From Fibrobacter sp. UBA4375 (GTDB lineage: Bacteria; Fibrobacterota; Fibrobacteria; Fibrobacterales; Fibrobacteraceae), in assembly GCA_002391195.1 (NCBI GenBank), contig DGRZ01000078.1:16681-80680 (forward strand): a stretch of 64,000 bases of DNA, read 5' to 3'. This document shows positions 46,084-55,349 of this stretch, piece by piece; positions within the stretch are counted from its first letter, which is position 1; every line of letters starts with the position of its first letter. The notes beneath the pieces were generated by a model. The model was not told the DNA's origin, did no database searches, and saw nothing but the letters and a program-made list of their open reading frames with translations. Both the position numbers and the translations under genes were made by a program.

Positions 46084-46119
46084 CTACTGGTCAAACAACC
46101 CCTTTTCTTTAAACTTCAT
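46084..46119 (-). pseudogene. Probable internally deleted hicA relic (MKFKEKGLFDQ*)
   Basis: Sits between a TTGACA-17-TATTTT promoter and hicB, where hicA would be. Confidence 0.55.
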
Positions 46120-46124
46120 AGATT

Positions 46125-46167
46125 AAAATACAATAAATTTATTTATTTGTCAATAAATAAATTTATT
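46125..46167 (-). promoter_or_regulatory. Promoter with a perfect 16-bp inverted-repeat operator
   Basis: AATAAATTTATTTATT-TGTC-AATAAATAAATTTATT centred on the -35. Confidence 0.8.
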
Positions 46168-46259
46168 CATACCTCCGTTTTCAGGGTGTCCTCTCTATAA
46201 GACGGAGATGCAGGCCGAAAAAAGCCTTGTAAAGAAACTTTTTACGATGGAATGGAAAG

Positions 46260-46311
46260 GGAGATGCCCCGTCAAGCGGGGCATGACAAGAGGACAGGCC
46301 CGGCATGACAG
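46260..46311 (-). repeat. GTCAT-type REP-like elements
   Basis: GGAGATGCCCCG-TCAAG-CGGGGCATGAC and CCCGGCATGAC. Confidence 0.65.
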
Positions 46312-46389
46312 CAGGGGAGACTTCTTGAAGGAAGCTCGCAGGGACTAACAGTCACAAGAGTTTCCGCCTGCGTGTCTAATACCTACAAC

Positions 46390-47247
46390 CTAACCCCTAG
46401 CGGCGGCTTTCTTCTGCTTTACGATCAGCACGATGAGCCAGATAAGGCCGGTCAAAATCATGAGGCTGCAGAGCGTCTGGCCGCGGCTCATACCGAACAG
46501 GTCCACGCGTCCAATGTGGGCGTCGGGCATGCGGAAAAACTCGATGAAGAACCGTGCGGTGCCGTAGCCTATCAAGTACAGGCAGGGCATCTTGTCGTGG
46601 AGGACTGGAATGCGGCGCAGGTTGTAGAGCGCTACGAACAAAAGAACGCCTTCGAAGAGCATTTCGTAGAGCTGGCTCGGGTGATGGAGCACCGGCGGGC
46701 TCACCAGGCTGTCTTTTGCCAGCGGGAACCACATGCCGATGGGGCTGGTGGTCACTTCGCCAAAGAGTTCCCCGTTGATGAAGTTCCCCCAGCGGCCCCA
46801 GGTGTAGGCGAGGGGCGCCAGCAGAAAGCACAGGTTCAGGGTTTTCCACAGGTCCATCTTGTTGCGCTTGATGCCGATGATGGTGAACACGGTGCCAAGG
46901 ATTAGCCCCCCGTGGTAGCTCATGCCCGAAATGCCCACGAAATGCCCGTTGCTCATGGGAATAAGGATTTCGGTGGGGTTGGCGAGGTAGTAGTCCGCCT
47001 TGTAGAAGAACACGTAGCCAAGGCGCGCCCCGATGATGATGCCCGCGATAATCCAGGTGAAAAGGCTGTCGAACTGTTCCTTGGTGTAGCCCAGGTTTTC
47101 TTTCTTGTTGATGTGGGTCAGGGTCAGGTAGCCCGTGACGAAGGCGAAAATGTACATGATTCCGTACCAGCGCACGGGGAAACTCCCCAGCGTGAATGCG
47201 GTTCCGTCAAAATACGTGGGAATCAGGTTCCACCAGGACAAATCCAT
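46390..47247 (-). CDS. lgt: Prolipoprotein diacylglyceryl transferase
   Basis: RWYG, GARLGYV, GMSYHGG, GR.GNFINGEL, HPSQLYE, RFFIEFFR. Confidence 0.98.
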   Translation of the reverse strand: MDLSWWNLIPTYFDGTAFTLGSFPVRWYGIMYIFAFVTGYLTLTHINKKENLGYTKEQFDSLFTWIIAGIIIGARLGYVFFYKADYYLANPTEILIPMSNGHFVGISGMSYHGGLILGTVFTIIGIKRNKMDLWKTLNLCFLLAPLAYTWGRWGNFINGELFGEVTTSPIGMWFPLAKDSLVSPPVLHHPSQLYEMLFEGVLLFVALYNLRRIPVLHDKMPCLYLIGYGTARFFIEFFRMPDAHIGRVDLFGMSRGQTLCSLMILTGLIWLIVLIVKQKKAAARG

Positions 47248-47248
47248 G

Positions 47249-48640
47249 TTACTTTCCTTTCTTGGTGTTCAAATTCTGGTGCGCCCAGTAGTTCATGATC
47301 ATGGCGGCCACCTGGGTGGCGGGCTGGCTGCGGACCTTCTGCAGGTCGTGAATCTGCAAGATGACCACCACGATGGCTTTCTTGGGGTCTTCCTTGGACT
47401 GGGCGAATCCCTTGAACCATTCGTAGCGTCCGTAGGGGTCGTGTCCGTCCAGGGAGCCGGTCTTTCCGCCGATGTCCAGGGCGTTGTAGTTCTTGCGGGC
47501 CATGTTCCGGGTGGAAATTTGCTTGCGGGCCGTTCCGTTGGTGATGGAGCGGATCATGGCTTGCCTAAGCCCGTAGTAGGTGTTCTCACTGAAGGAGCCT
47601 GCGTTCAGGGCGATGCGGTTCTTGGGAGCGTAGGGCGCGAGGTTTTCGGCCCAGGGGATTTCAAGGGGTTTCTTTGCGAGAATCGCCCGGACCTGTGCCG
47701 CCGCCAAAAGCGGGGTGAGGGTGGTGGATTCTGTAAAGCCGCAGCTTACCTCGGCAAGTCCGTAGCCGCTGTCGGGTGGTGTGTAGCTGGAACGCCCCGG
47801 GATGCCGCTTGGGAAGTTGGTGTTGTAGCCCAGTTTCTTGGCGGCCTCTTTCAGCCTGCCGGCCCCTACGTTCAGGCCGATAAGGGCAAGGGGCGGGTTT
47901 GCGGACATGGCGTAGGCGTCTTGCAGCTCGATGGTTGGGCCCGTGTAGTTTTCCTTGACCCGTAACTGGTTCTTGTACAGCGTGTGGTAAGAGCCAATCA
48001 TGGGGATGGGGGTGTTCAGGGAGTAGCGCTTGCTGTCCATGGCGGCGGCGATGGTGATGGTCTTTGCCAGGGAGGCTGCGGGGAAGGTGTTCTTCACGAA
48101 AAAGTCCGGGGTGCTCTGAACCTTTTCGTCTTTGCGTTCGCCCCAGGCGATAATCTCGTTGGTCTGCACGTCCACCACCAAGATGACGCCGTACATGGGC
48201 TTGAAACGGCGGAGCATGTTGTCGATTTTTTCGGCCAGGAATACGTTCTTTTGGGCCTTGATGTGGGTGGAGTCGATGACCTCGATTTCGGGGGGAACCT
48301 CGGGCGTGACCGCCGCGGTGATGGCGGCCTGGGCGTTGGCCATGTCTTCGGCCTTCTGCTCGGCGGGGGTCAGGGGCGAACCTTCGGCCATGGCGGTTTC
48401 AATGTCTCTTGCTCCGGAATCGCTTGCGGCGCTGTCGTTGACTGGATTACTGGAGGTGCCGCTCGCGGAGTCGGCGGCAACGAGGGGTGCTTCCGGCGCT
48501 TCGGGGAGCTTTGCGACTTCTTCTTTTTTGCCGCCTCCGAAAATGCAGGAGCCTATCATGAAACATAGGGTCGCGAATATCCCTAGGGCGATAATGCGGT
48601 TGCGGAGTCTCTGGGCGTAGGGCAGGGGTTGAATGGGCAT
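47249..48640 (-). CDS. Penicillin-binding transpeptidase domain protein
   Basis: SLAK (SxxK), SAN (SxN), KTG; N-terminal anchor. Confidence 0.85.
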   Translation of the reverse strand: MPIQPLPYAQRLRNRIIALGIFATLCFMIGSCIFGGGKKEEVAKLPEAPEAPLVAADSASGTSSNPVNDSAASDSGARDIETAMAEGSPLTPAEQKAEDMANAQAAITAAVTPEVPPEIEVIDSTHIKAQKNVFLAEKIDNMLRRFKPMYGVILVVDVQTNEIIAWGERKDEKVQSTPDFFVKNTFPAASLAKTITIAAAMDSKRYSLNTPIPMIGSYHTLYKNQLRVKENYTGPTIELQDAYAMSANPPLALIGLNVGAGRLKEAAKKLGYNTNFPSGIPGRSSYTPPDSGYGLAEVSCGFTESTTLTPLLAAAQVRAILAKKPLEIPWAENLAPYAPKNRIALNAGSFSENTYYGLRQAMIRSITNGTARKQISTRNMARKNYNALDIGGKTGSLDGHDPYGRYEWFKGFAQSKEDPKKAIVVVILQIHDLQKVRSQPATQVAAMIMNYWAHQNLNTKKGK

Positions 48641-48643
48641 CTG

Positions 48644-49198
48644 TTAAAGGAATTCCTTGAAGATGGTCTTGCGGTAGTAGGCCAGTTCGGCGATGCTTTC
48701 CCGGATGTCGTCCAGGGCCTGGTGCTTCTCTTGCTTCTTGAATTCGGGCAGGTTCGGGTACCAGCGGAAGGTGAGTTCCTTGATGGAACTGACGTCGATG
48801 TTCCTGTAGTTCAGCCAGCCCGTTACCTTGGGCATGTACTTGTACATGAACCTGCGGTCCTGCGTGATGGAGTTTCCGCAGAGCACGTTCAGTTTCTCCT
48901 GGGTGAAGGGCTTGATAAAGTCCAGGGTCATCTGGTCGGCATCGGCAATGGAAAAGCGGGATTTGCGGCAACGGTCGATAAGCCCGCTCTGCTTGTGGTG
49001 CTTGGAGTTCCACTCGTCCATGCCGTTGAAGATGTTTTCGGTCTGGTAGATGGCAAGCACCGGGCCTTCGGCGAGAATGTTCAGGTTCGGGTCGGTCACG
49101 ATGGTGGCCACTTCGAGGATTACGTCTTTTTCGGGGTAGAGCCCCGACATTTCCAGGTCCATCCACACCAGGTTCGGTGCGCTTTTAATCTTTGCCAT
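48644..49198 (-). CDS. orn: Oligoribonuclease
   Basis: LVWMDLEMSGL, CGNSI..DRRF, YR.IDVSS.KEL, H.ALDDI.ESI.EL.YYR. Confidence 0.97.
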   Translation of the reverse strand: MAKIKSAPNLVWMDLEMSGLYPEKDVILEVATIVTDPNLNILAEGPVLAIYQTENIFNGMDEWNSKHHKQSGLIDRCRKSRFSIADADQMTLDFIKPFTQEKLNVLCGNSITQDRRFMYKYMPKVTGWLNYRNIDVSSIKELTFRWYPNLPEFKKQEKHQALDDIRESIAELAYYRKTIFKEFL

Positions 49199-49403
49199 AA
49201 CGGTGCTAAATCTAGTTTTTTTCAAAAAGTTGAGAGATGAGTCTGTGCCAATGTTATCTTTTCATCGCATTTTTCTGTCCGTTTTTCACCGGTGGTGTCT
49301 TTTTGTCGCCAACCTTCGCCAAATGATAAATAAAACCATTTAATGTAAGTTTTTTATTTTCTATATTAGCCCGCGTTAATTTGTTACACCAATAGGAGCA
49401 ATT

Positions 49404-50633
49404 ATGGAAGAAGTTGTAATCACTGGTATGGGCTGCGTTTCGGCCCTTGGCAACACCCCCGATATCCTTTGGGATAATCTTTTGCAGGGAAAGTCCGGCA
49501 TTGCCACCATTGACCGCTTTGACGTAAGCGCATGCCCCATCAAGATTGCCGCTGCTGTGAAGGAATTCGACGGTTCCGAATATTTCAGCAATCGCGACCA
49601 GTCCCGTTTTTCCAAGTGCATCCAGTATGCCGTCTATTCCGCCTACAAGGCCCTGGCCAACGCAGGAATTGACCCCAAGGCCGAAGACCCCAGCCGCTCC
49701 GGCGTGATTATCGGTGCCGGCGTGGGCGGCATGAATATGTATTCGGATAGCGCCGTGACGCTAGCCAACCGCAGCCCTAGCCGTGTGTCCCCCTTCTTTA
49801 TCCCCATGGCCATCGTGAACATGCCCGCCGGCGAAGTTTCTAACCGTACCGGTTGGATGGGCCCCTGCTTTGCAGTTGTTTCCGCCTGTGCCACCTCCAA
49901 CCACTCCATCGCCGCCGCCTACGACGCTATCCGTCTGGGCCGTGCCGACATCATGCTGGCTGGCGGTACCGACGAGACGGTGAACCCGCTGGCCTTGGCT
50001 GGCTTTACCAACATGCATGCCCTGAGCAAACGCAACGACGACCCGTCCACCGCCTCTCGCCCCTTCGACAAGGACCGCGATGGCTTTGTGATGGGCGAAG
50101 GTTCCGGCATTCTGGTGCTTGAAAGCCTCTCTCACGCCAAGAAGCGCGGCGCCAACATTCTGGCCCGTATCGCAGGTGTTGGCATGAGTGCCGATGCCCA
50201 CCATATGTCCGCTCCCCGCGAAGACGGCGAAGGTGTGCGTCTCGCTATCGAGATGGCGCTCCGCGATGCAGGAATTTCTCCGAACGACGTGGGCTACGTG
50301 AACACCCACGGCACTTCTACTCCTCTTGGCGACGTGGCTGAATGTTCCGCCCTGGAAAAGGTGTTCGGCGCCCGCGACAGCCTGAAGGTGAACTCCTCCA
50401 AGTGCATGATCGGGCATGCCCTGGGTGCCGCCGGCGCTCTCGAGGCTATCATTACCGTGAAGTCCCTGCAGAACCAGATGGTTCATGCCACGAGGAACGT
50501 GTTCAACCAGGACGAACGCATCCATCTGGACGTGTGCGCCAACAAGAACACCAGTCACGACTTCAAGTACGCCCTGTCCGACGGCTTCGGCTTTGGCGGC
50601 CAGAACAGCGTGCTGCTTTTGGCCCGCGACTAA
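49404..50633 (+). CDS. fabF: 3-oxoacyl-ACP synthase II
   Basis: SACATS, SRPFD..RDGFVMGEG, NTHGTST, MIGHALGAAG, FGFGG.N. Confidence 0.97.
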   Translation: MEEVVITGMGCVSALGNTPDILWDNLLQGKSGIATIDRFDVSACPIKIAAAVKEFDGSEYFSNRDQSRFSKCIQYAVYSAYKALANAGIDPKAEDPSRSGVIIGAGVGGMNMYSDSAVTLANRSPSRVSPFFIPMAIVNMPAGEVSNRTGWMGPCFAVVSACATSNHSIAAAYDAIRLGRADIMLAGGTDETVNPLALAGFTNMHALSKRNDDPSTASRPFDKDRDGFVMGEGSGILVLESLSHAKKRGANILARIAGVGMSADAHHMSAPREDGEGVRLAIEMALRDAGISPNDVGYVNTHGTSTPLGDVAECSALEKVFGARDSLKVNSSKCMIGHALGAAGALEAIITVKSLQNQMVHATRNVFNQDERIHLDVCANKNTSHDFKYALSDGFGFGGQNSVLLLARD

Positions 50634-50639
50634 CCTTAA

Positions 50640-50720
50640 TTAGGAATTAGGATTTCGGATTTCGGAATTTATTGCCTAGAAATAATTCCGAATTCTGAAA
50701 TCTGAACTCTGAACTCTGAA
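50640..50720. repeat. Inverted heptamer repeat cluster after fabF
   Basis: TTTCGGA-type units facing TCTGAAC/TCCGAA-type units. Confidence 0.6.
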
Positions 50721-50745
50721 TAGAGATTTTTCTATCTTTGCTGGC

Positions 50746-51693
50746 GTGAATTTTGCGATGCGAAAAATTCTCGCTGTATTAGTGCTTGCGCTGGTGTGCC
50801 TTGTGCAGCCTTCGCTGTCGGCTCCTTACGATCCGCCCACCTGGCGCGATTCTACCTGGGACTACCGCAGCGAAGATTCTACGGACCTGGCAGGAGAAGT
50901 TTCCTGGCTCAAGGTGGGTGGTGTCGCCTCCCTGACGCTCATTGCCTACGGGGCTGCCTACTGGCTTGTTTTTGACAAGGGCTGGTGGGACGAGCAGGGC
51001 AACCATTTCCATTTCGAAAACGACTTTGACTACGCCCTGAACCTGGACAAGTTCGGGCATTTCGCCTCGGGCGTGGCTATGGGCGAACTCTTTTACGAGG
51101 GATACCGCTGGGCCGGTGCTACGGAGTTCCAGTCCTACCTGTTTGCTGGGCTTTCTGCCATGATGACCCATGTCGCCATCGACGTGAAGGATGCCTATTC
51201 TCCCAGGTGGGGGTTCAGCGTTTTCGATGTGCTGTCCGGTACCTTGGGCGGATTCTTGCCTATGGCAGAGCGTTACGTGCCGCTGTTCAAGTACGTGGAC
51301 CTTAAGTGGAGTTACTGGATTAACACCAAGGCGTATTACCGGCAGGGGGAAGGGCATTCCAAGGTGTTTACCGACGATTACTGCAACCAGACTTTCTGGG
51401 CGTCTTTCAAGATATATCGCATGCTCCCTGCAGGGGCACGCGCCTATTACCCCAGCTGGCTTGCCATTGCGGCTGGCCTCAGTATCGATGAAGGCGTGTT
51501 TATCAAGCATTACGAGGGAACACCCCATCGAGAAGTTTACATTGCGCTGGACTACGACTTGGAGGCATTCCGCCCACAGAGTCGTATGGCCCGTACCATT
51601 ATTAAGTGGCTGAACTACTTCAAACTGCCAGCACCAGCTGTGCAAGTTTATCCTGAATTCCACTGGTTCTTGCTGTATCCCATTAAGTTTTAA
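50746..51693 (+). CDS. DUF2279/YfiM-like protein
   Basis: LDKFGH, D.YS..WGFS..D, DDY..QTFW.S, E.YI.LD.D, K.PAP. Confidence 0.8.
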   Translation: MNFAMRKILAVLVLALVCLVQPSLSAPYDPPTWRDSTWDYRSEDSTDLAGEVSWLKVGGVASLTLIAYGAAYWLVFDKGWWDEQGNHFHFENDFDYALNLDKFGHFASGVAMGELFYEGYRWAGATEFQSYLFAGLSAMMTHVAIDVKDAYSPRWGFSVFDVLSGTLGGFLPMAERYVPLFKYVDLKWSYWINTKAYYRQGEGHSKVFTDDYCNQTFWASFKIYRMLPAGARAYYPSWLAIAAGLSIDEGVFIKHYEGTPHREVYIALDYDLEAFRPQSRMARTIIKWLNYFKLPAPAVQVYPEFHWFLLYPIKF

Positions 51694-51706
51694 CCCCACC
51701 CCAGTT

Positions 51707-51793
51707 GTCATTCTGACCCTGAACTAGTTTTAGGGGAATACGGTAGGTATCGCGGGTCTGGATTCTTCAGTCGCTACGCGCCCTCAGAATGAC
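51707..51793. repeat. GTCAT-type palindromic element
   Basis: GTCATTCTGA...TCAGAATGAC terminal inverted repeat. Confidence 0.7.
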
Positions 51794-51825
51794 GTCTTGA
51801 GTTAATGTTTTTATATTTCTAACAA

Positions 51826-53334
51826 ATGCAAATGAAACTCCGGATATTGCTCTTCTGGAGCGTTTTTTGGGTTATGTGCGGAACCTCGGGGGCTGCCCCT
51901 GTGGTGGGTTCCGAACGTACCCGGAGTTTGCAGGGCCTGGAACGTTCTCCCATGCTCATGGAGTACCACAGGCAGACCGTGGGGGAGGACCGCCAGTTCT
52001 TTACCTACCCCAGGCGTGATTACGGATTTATCCGGAACTTTACCCGCACAGAGTCCGGCGCCATGATGTTCATGGCCGATACCACCGGGGCGTTCTTTGG
52101 CAAGAACCACAGTTTCGGGGTGGCGGCGTCTCCTGTGTTCGGGGCGGAGTACCGCGGTAGCGAATCCCTGGGCGACACCCTGTGGCCCTCCTTTGACGGA
52201 GGCATTTACCTGCGTGGCTACGCCGACTCCCTGGACTTTGACTTGGATGCCCGCATGTACGCCGGCGAGCATTCCGCCAAGAAGCCCAAGAGTTTTGACG
52301 GCGAGGTCTTTGACGTGCAGACCAAGGAAGGCAATGCCGGAGCCGATTACGTGAGCTATTCCCGCTACAGGGCCCACATGGCCCTGAACTACGCCTGGGC
52401 GAGGCTCCAGCTGGCCCGTGACGTACTCCACTGGGGGCCGGGATACTACAACAACCTTTCCCTGAACCAGTTTGCCTTGCCCTACAACATGCTCTCCCTG
52501 GATCTGACCTTTGGCCCCCTGCGAGTGTTCAGCGTGTATGCAGACCTTCGGGTGGACAGCTGGAGCTACAGCAGGAACAACCTGAACGACCGGAACCTGT
52601 ATGCCCACCGCTACGAACTGGCCTTGGGGAACTTGACTATCGGCATGAGTGAAATCCAGGTGCTCTACAACGAGAACAAGCCCTGGCTGTTTGTGCCCAT
52701 CGCTCCGCTTTTTATTGAAAAGGGCAACTACACCGAGCGGGTAAACAACGGGGCTCTGGCCCTGGACATGAACTACCGCCTGTTCAATACGGTCAGGCTT
52801 TATGGTGAGTTCTTCTTGGACGATTTGGAATCGCCCAATGCAGTTTACGAGAACAAGTACAGCAACAACCGCTGGGCAGGCATGCTGGGCCTGCAGGCGG
52901 GCCACGACTTTTACGTGGGACAAAAGCGACTCAGTGCGGGTACCATTGCCGAAATCGCCCGTGTGGAGCCCTACACCTATTGCCATTACGATACCGCCCA
53001 TGCGCAGCTTGCGAACCTTGGGGCACCTCTCGGGAATCCCAACGGCCCCAACAGCTTGGCGGTGGACTGGACGGTATATGCCCAGGCGGCCCTTGGGTCC
53101 CTTGGACAGTTGTTTGCGGGCGTACACCAGAAATGGCTGTGGAAGGGCACCGATGCCGGGAGTAACATCGAGGACCCCTACAAGACGGTGCGCAAGCGTT
53201 TTGCCCATGGGGCGCCTCTTGTTTATACCGTGGCTCCAGCCATCGGGTACAACGGACGGTTTGTTGGTTTTTCGGGAGAGTTGACCTTGGGTGACTCCAA
53301 GGCGGCAGACATTAGAGTTTCATTCATGTGGTAG
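51826..53334 (+). CDS. Capsule assembly Wzi-family outer-membrane protein
   Basis: RD.LHWGPG...NL.L, LY.HR.E, LYGEF.LDD, LG.PNGPN; terminal aromatic residue. Confidence 0.75.
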   Translation: MQMKLRILLFWSVFWVMCGTSGAAPVVGSERTRSLQGLERSPMLMEYHRQTVGEDRQFFTYPRRDYGFIRNFTRTESGAMMFMADTTGAFFGKNHSFGVAASPVFGAEYRGSESLGDTLWPSFDGGIYLRGYADSLDFDLDARMYAGEHSAKKPKSFDGEVFDVQTKEGNAGADYVSYSRYRAHMALNYAWARLQLARDVLHWGPGYYNNLSLNQFALPYNMLSLDLTFGPLRVFSVYADLRVDSWSYSRNNLNDRNLYAHRYELALGNLTIGMSEIQVLYNENKPWLFVPIAPLFIEKGNYTERVNNGALALDMNYRLFNTVRLYGEFFLDDLESPNAVYENKYSNNRWAGMLGLQAGHDFYVGQKRLSAGTIAEIARVEPYTYCHYDTAHAQLANLGAPLGNPNGPNSLAVDWTVYAQAALGSLGQLFAGVHQKWLWKGTDAGSNIEDPYKTVRKRFAHGAPLVYTVAPAIGYNGRFVGFSGELTLGDSKAADIRVSFMW

Positions 53335-53337
53335 CAT

Positions 53338-55314
53338 ATGGCGAACATTAAAGAGAGAATTAAGGGAAGCGTGCATTTCAAGGCGCTGATGAACAGCTTC
53401 CGTTTGCGTAAGCGGGTGCTTGCCCTTGCGGATGCCTTCGTGGTGGCGGTGTCGGCTTTGATCGCCAACTACCCTCTGCCCCTTTTCGCCCAGCGTATCG
53501 GTCGGCCTGACCTGTTTCTCATTATTGTCGTAAGCATTATTTGCTGCTTTGGAAGCCTGCTGTTCTTTGGTGCCTACAACAAGCTGTGGCGTTATTTTAG
53601 CAAGCGGGATTACCTGAGTTGCGTCAAGGGAATTGTCGTAGGTATTGCTGTGGCTTATGGCCTGGTGTACCTGTTCCACAAGGACCTGTTCTGGGAATTT
53701 GCCTTGCTTCATGCCTTTGTGGCGGTGGTGGGAGTTTCTCTGTTCCGTTATCTGTTCCGCAGGACCTTCGTGTCCCTGGTGTCCACGGGAATGCACGAGG
53801 CCGAACGCAAGCGCACCATGATTATTGGTGCGGGCAATGCGGCCGTGCTGTTGTTGAATGAAATTCGTAACAACCAGAATGATGCAAGCCATGGAGAAAA
53901 TACGGGTTCTGCAAAGAATATCAATCCCGTGTGTTTGATAGACGACGACCGCTACAAAATAGGCAAGCCCTTCAACGGTGTGCTGGTGGCGGGTTCCACC
54001 AGCGACATACCGAAAGTGGTAAAGGAATTGCGGATTGAGCAGATTATCTTTGCTATCCCTAGTTGTCCGCCTAAGGACAGACAGACTATCTTGGATATCT
54101 GCGGAAAGACCGGCCTTCCGGTGAAGGTGTTGCCCTTTATTGGAAGCCTTTTGGATACCTCTGCGGTGGGTACGGGTTCGACCAGTTTTGTAAGCCAAAT
54201 CCGCGATATCAAGGTAGAGGATTTGTTAGGACGTGAACCCATACGGTTCAACAATTCTGAAATTCGCGAGTTCATCGAGGGTAAAGTCTGCATGGTCACC
54301 GGCGGTGGTGGCAGCATCGGTAGCGAATTGGTGCGCCAGATTGCAAAGTACAGGCCCAAACAGGTGATTATCGTGGATATCTACGAGAACAATGCCTACG
54401 AAATCCAGCAGGAACTGGTGATGGAGTATGGCGACCGCCTGAACCTGGTGACTCTGATTGCAAGTGTTCGCGACTATTTCCGCATGAACCAGATTTTCAA
54501 GAAATATGAGCCCCAGGTGGTGTTCCATGCGGCGGCCCACAAGCACGTGCCTCTGATGGAAAATAACCCCATGGAAGCCATCAAGAACAACGTGGTGGGC
54601 ACTTTTAACATGGCAACCCTTTCCCTGTTGCACAACGTGAAAAAGTTCGTGATGATCAGTACCGACAAGGCGGTGAACCCCACCAACGTGATGGGGGCGT
54701 CCAAGCGTTGTTGCGAAATGATTGTCCAGTTCTTTGCACAACAGAAGGACTGCAAGACTGAATTCGTGACCACCCGCTTTGGAAACGTGCTGGGAAGTAA
54801 CGGCTCCGTGATTCCCTTGTTCAAGCGCCAGATAGAGCAGGGCAAGCCCGTGACGGTGACACATCCAGACATCATCCGCTACTTTATGACAATCCCTGAG
54901 GCGGTGAACTTGGTGCTGGAGGCGGCAAGCTTTGCCCATGGCGGCGAAATTTTTGTTCTGGACATGGGGCAGCCCGTGAAGATTGTGACCTTGGCCGAAA
55001 ACCTGATCCGTATGTATGGCAAGGTGCCTTACAAGGATGTGGAAATCAAGTTCACGGGGCTGCGACCTGGAGAAAAATTGCTCGAAGAGTTGCTGATGAA
55101 CGAAGAGGGCCTGCAGAAGACCAAGAACAAGCTCATCTATATCGGAAAGCAGATTGAGATTGATGCCGATACCTTTATCAATGAGCTTTGGACATTGAAG
55201 AATGCTGCTCAGGAAAATGATGACGAGACCGCCATTTCTGCCTTGCATCACATTGTACCCACCTTCACTACACCCGAAGAATTCAATAAGACGGTAAGGA
55301 TGCCGAAGGTGTAA
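53338..55314 (+). CDS. Membrane-bound nucleotide-sugar 4,6-dehydratase (CapD/PglF family)
   Basis: VTGGGGSIGSEL, HAAAHKHVP, ISTDKAVNPTNVMGASKR, RFGNVLGS.GSV, GLRPGEKL. Confidence 0.95.
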   Translation: MANIKERIKGSVHFKALMNSFRLRKRVLALADAFVVAVSALIANYPLPLFAQRIGRPDLFLIIVVSIICCFGSLLFFGAYNKLWRYFSKRDYLSCVKGIVVGIAVAYGLVYLFHKDLFWEFALLHAFVAVVGVSLFRYLFRRTFVSLVSTGMHEAERKRTMIIGAGNAAVLLLNEIRNNQNDASHGENTGSAKNINPVCLIDDDRYKIGKPFNGVLVAGSTSDIPKVVKELRIEQIIFAIPSCPPKDRQTILDICGKTGLPVKVLPFIGSLLDTSAVGTGSTSFVSQIRDIKVEDLLGREPIRFNNSEIREFIEGKVCMVTGGGGSIGSELVRQIAKYRPKQVIIVDIYENNAYEIQQELVMEYGDRLNLVTLIASVRDYFRMNQIFKKYEPQVVFHAAAHKHVPLMENNPMEAIKNNVVGTFNMATLSLLHNVKKFVMISTDKAVNPTNVMGASKRCCEMIVQFFAQQKDCKTEFVTTRFGNVLGSNGSVIPLFKRQIEQGKPVTVTHPDIIRYFMTIPEAVNLVLEAASFAHGGEIFVLDMGQPVKIVTLAENLIRMYGKVPYKDVEIKFTGLRPGEKLLEELLMNEEGLQKTKNKLIYIGKQIEIDADTFINELWTLKNAAQENDDETAISALHHIVPTFTTPEEFNKTVRMPKV

Positions 55315-55349
55315 ATTTTGGCGGGTGTCGCCGATCAGAGGAGGATGCT

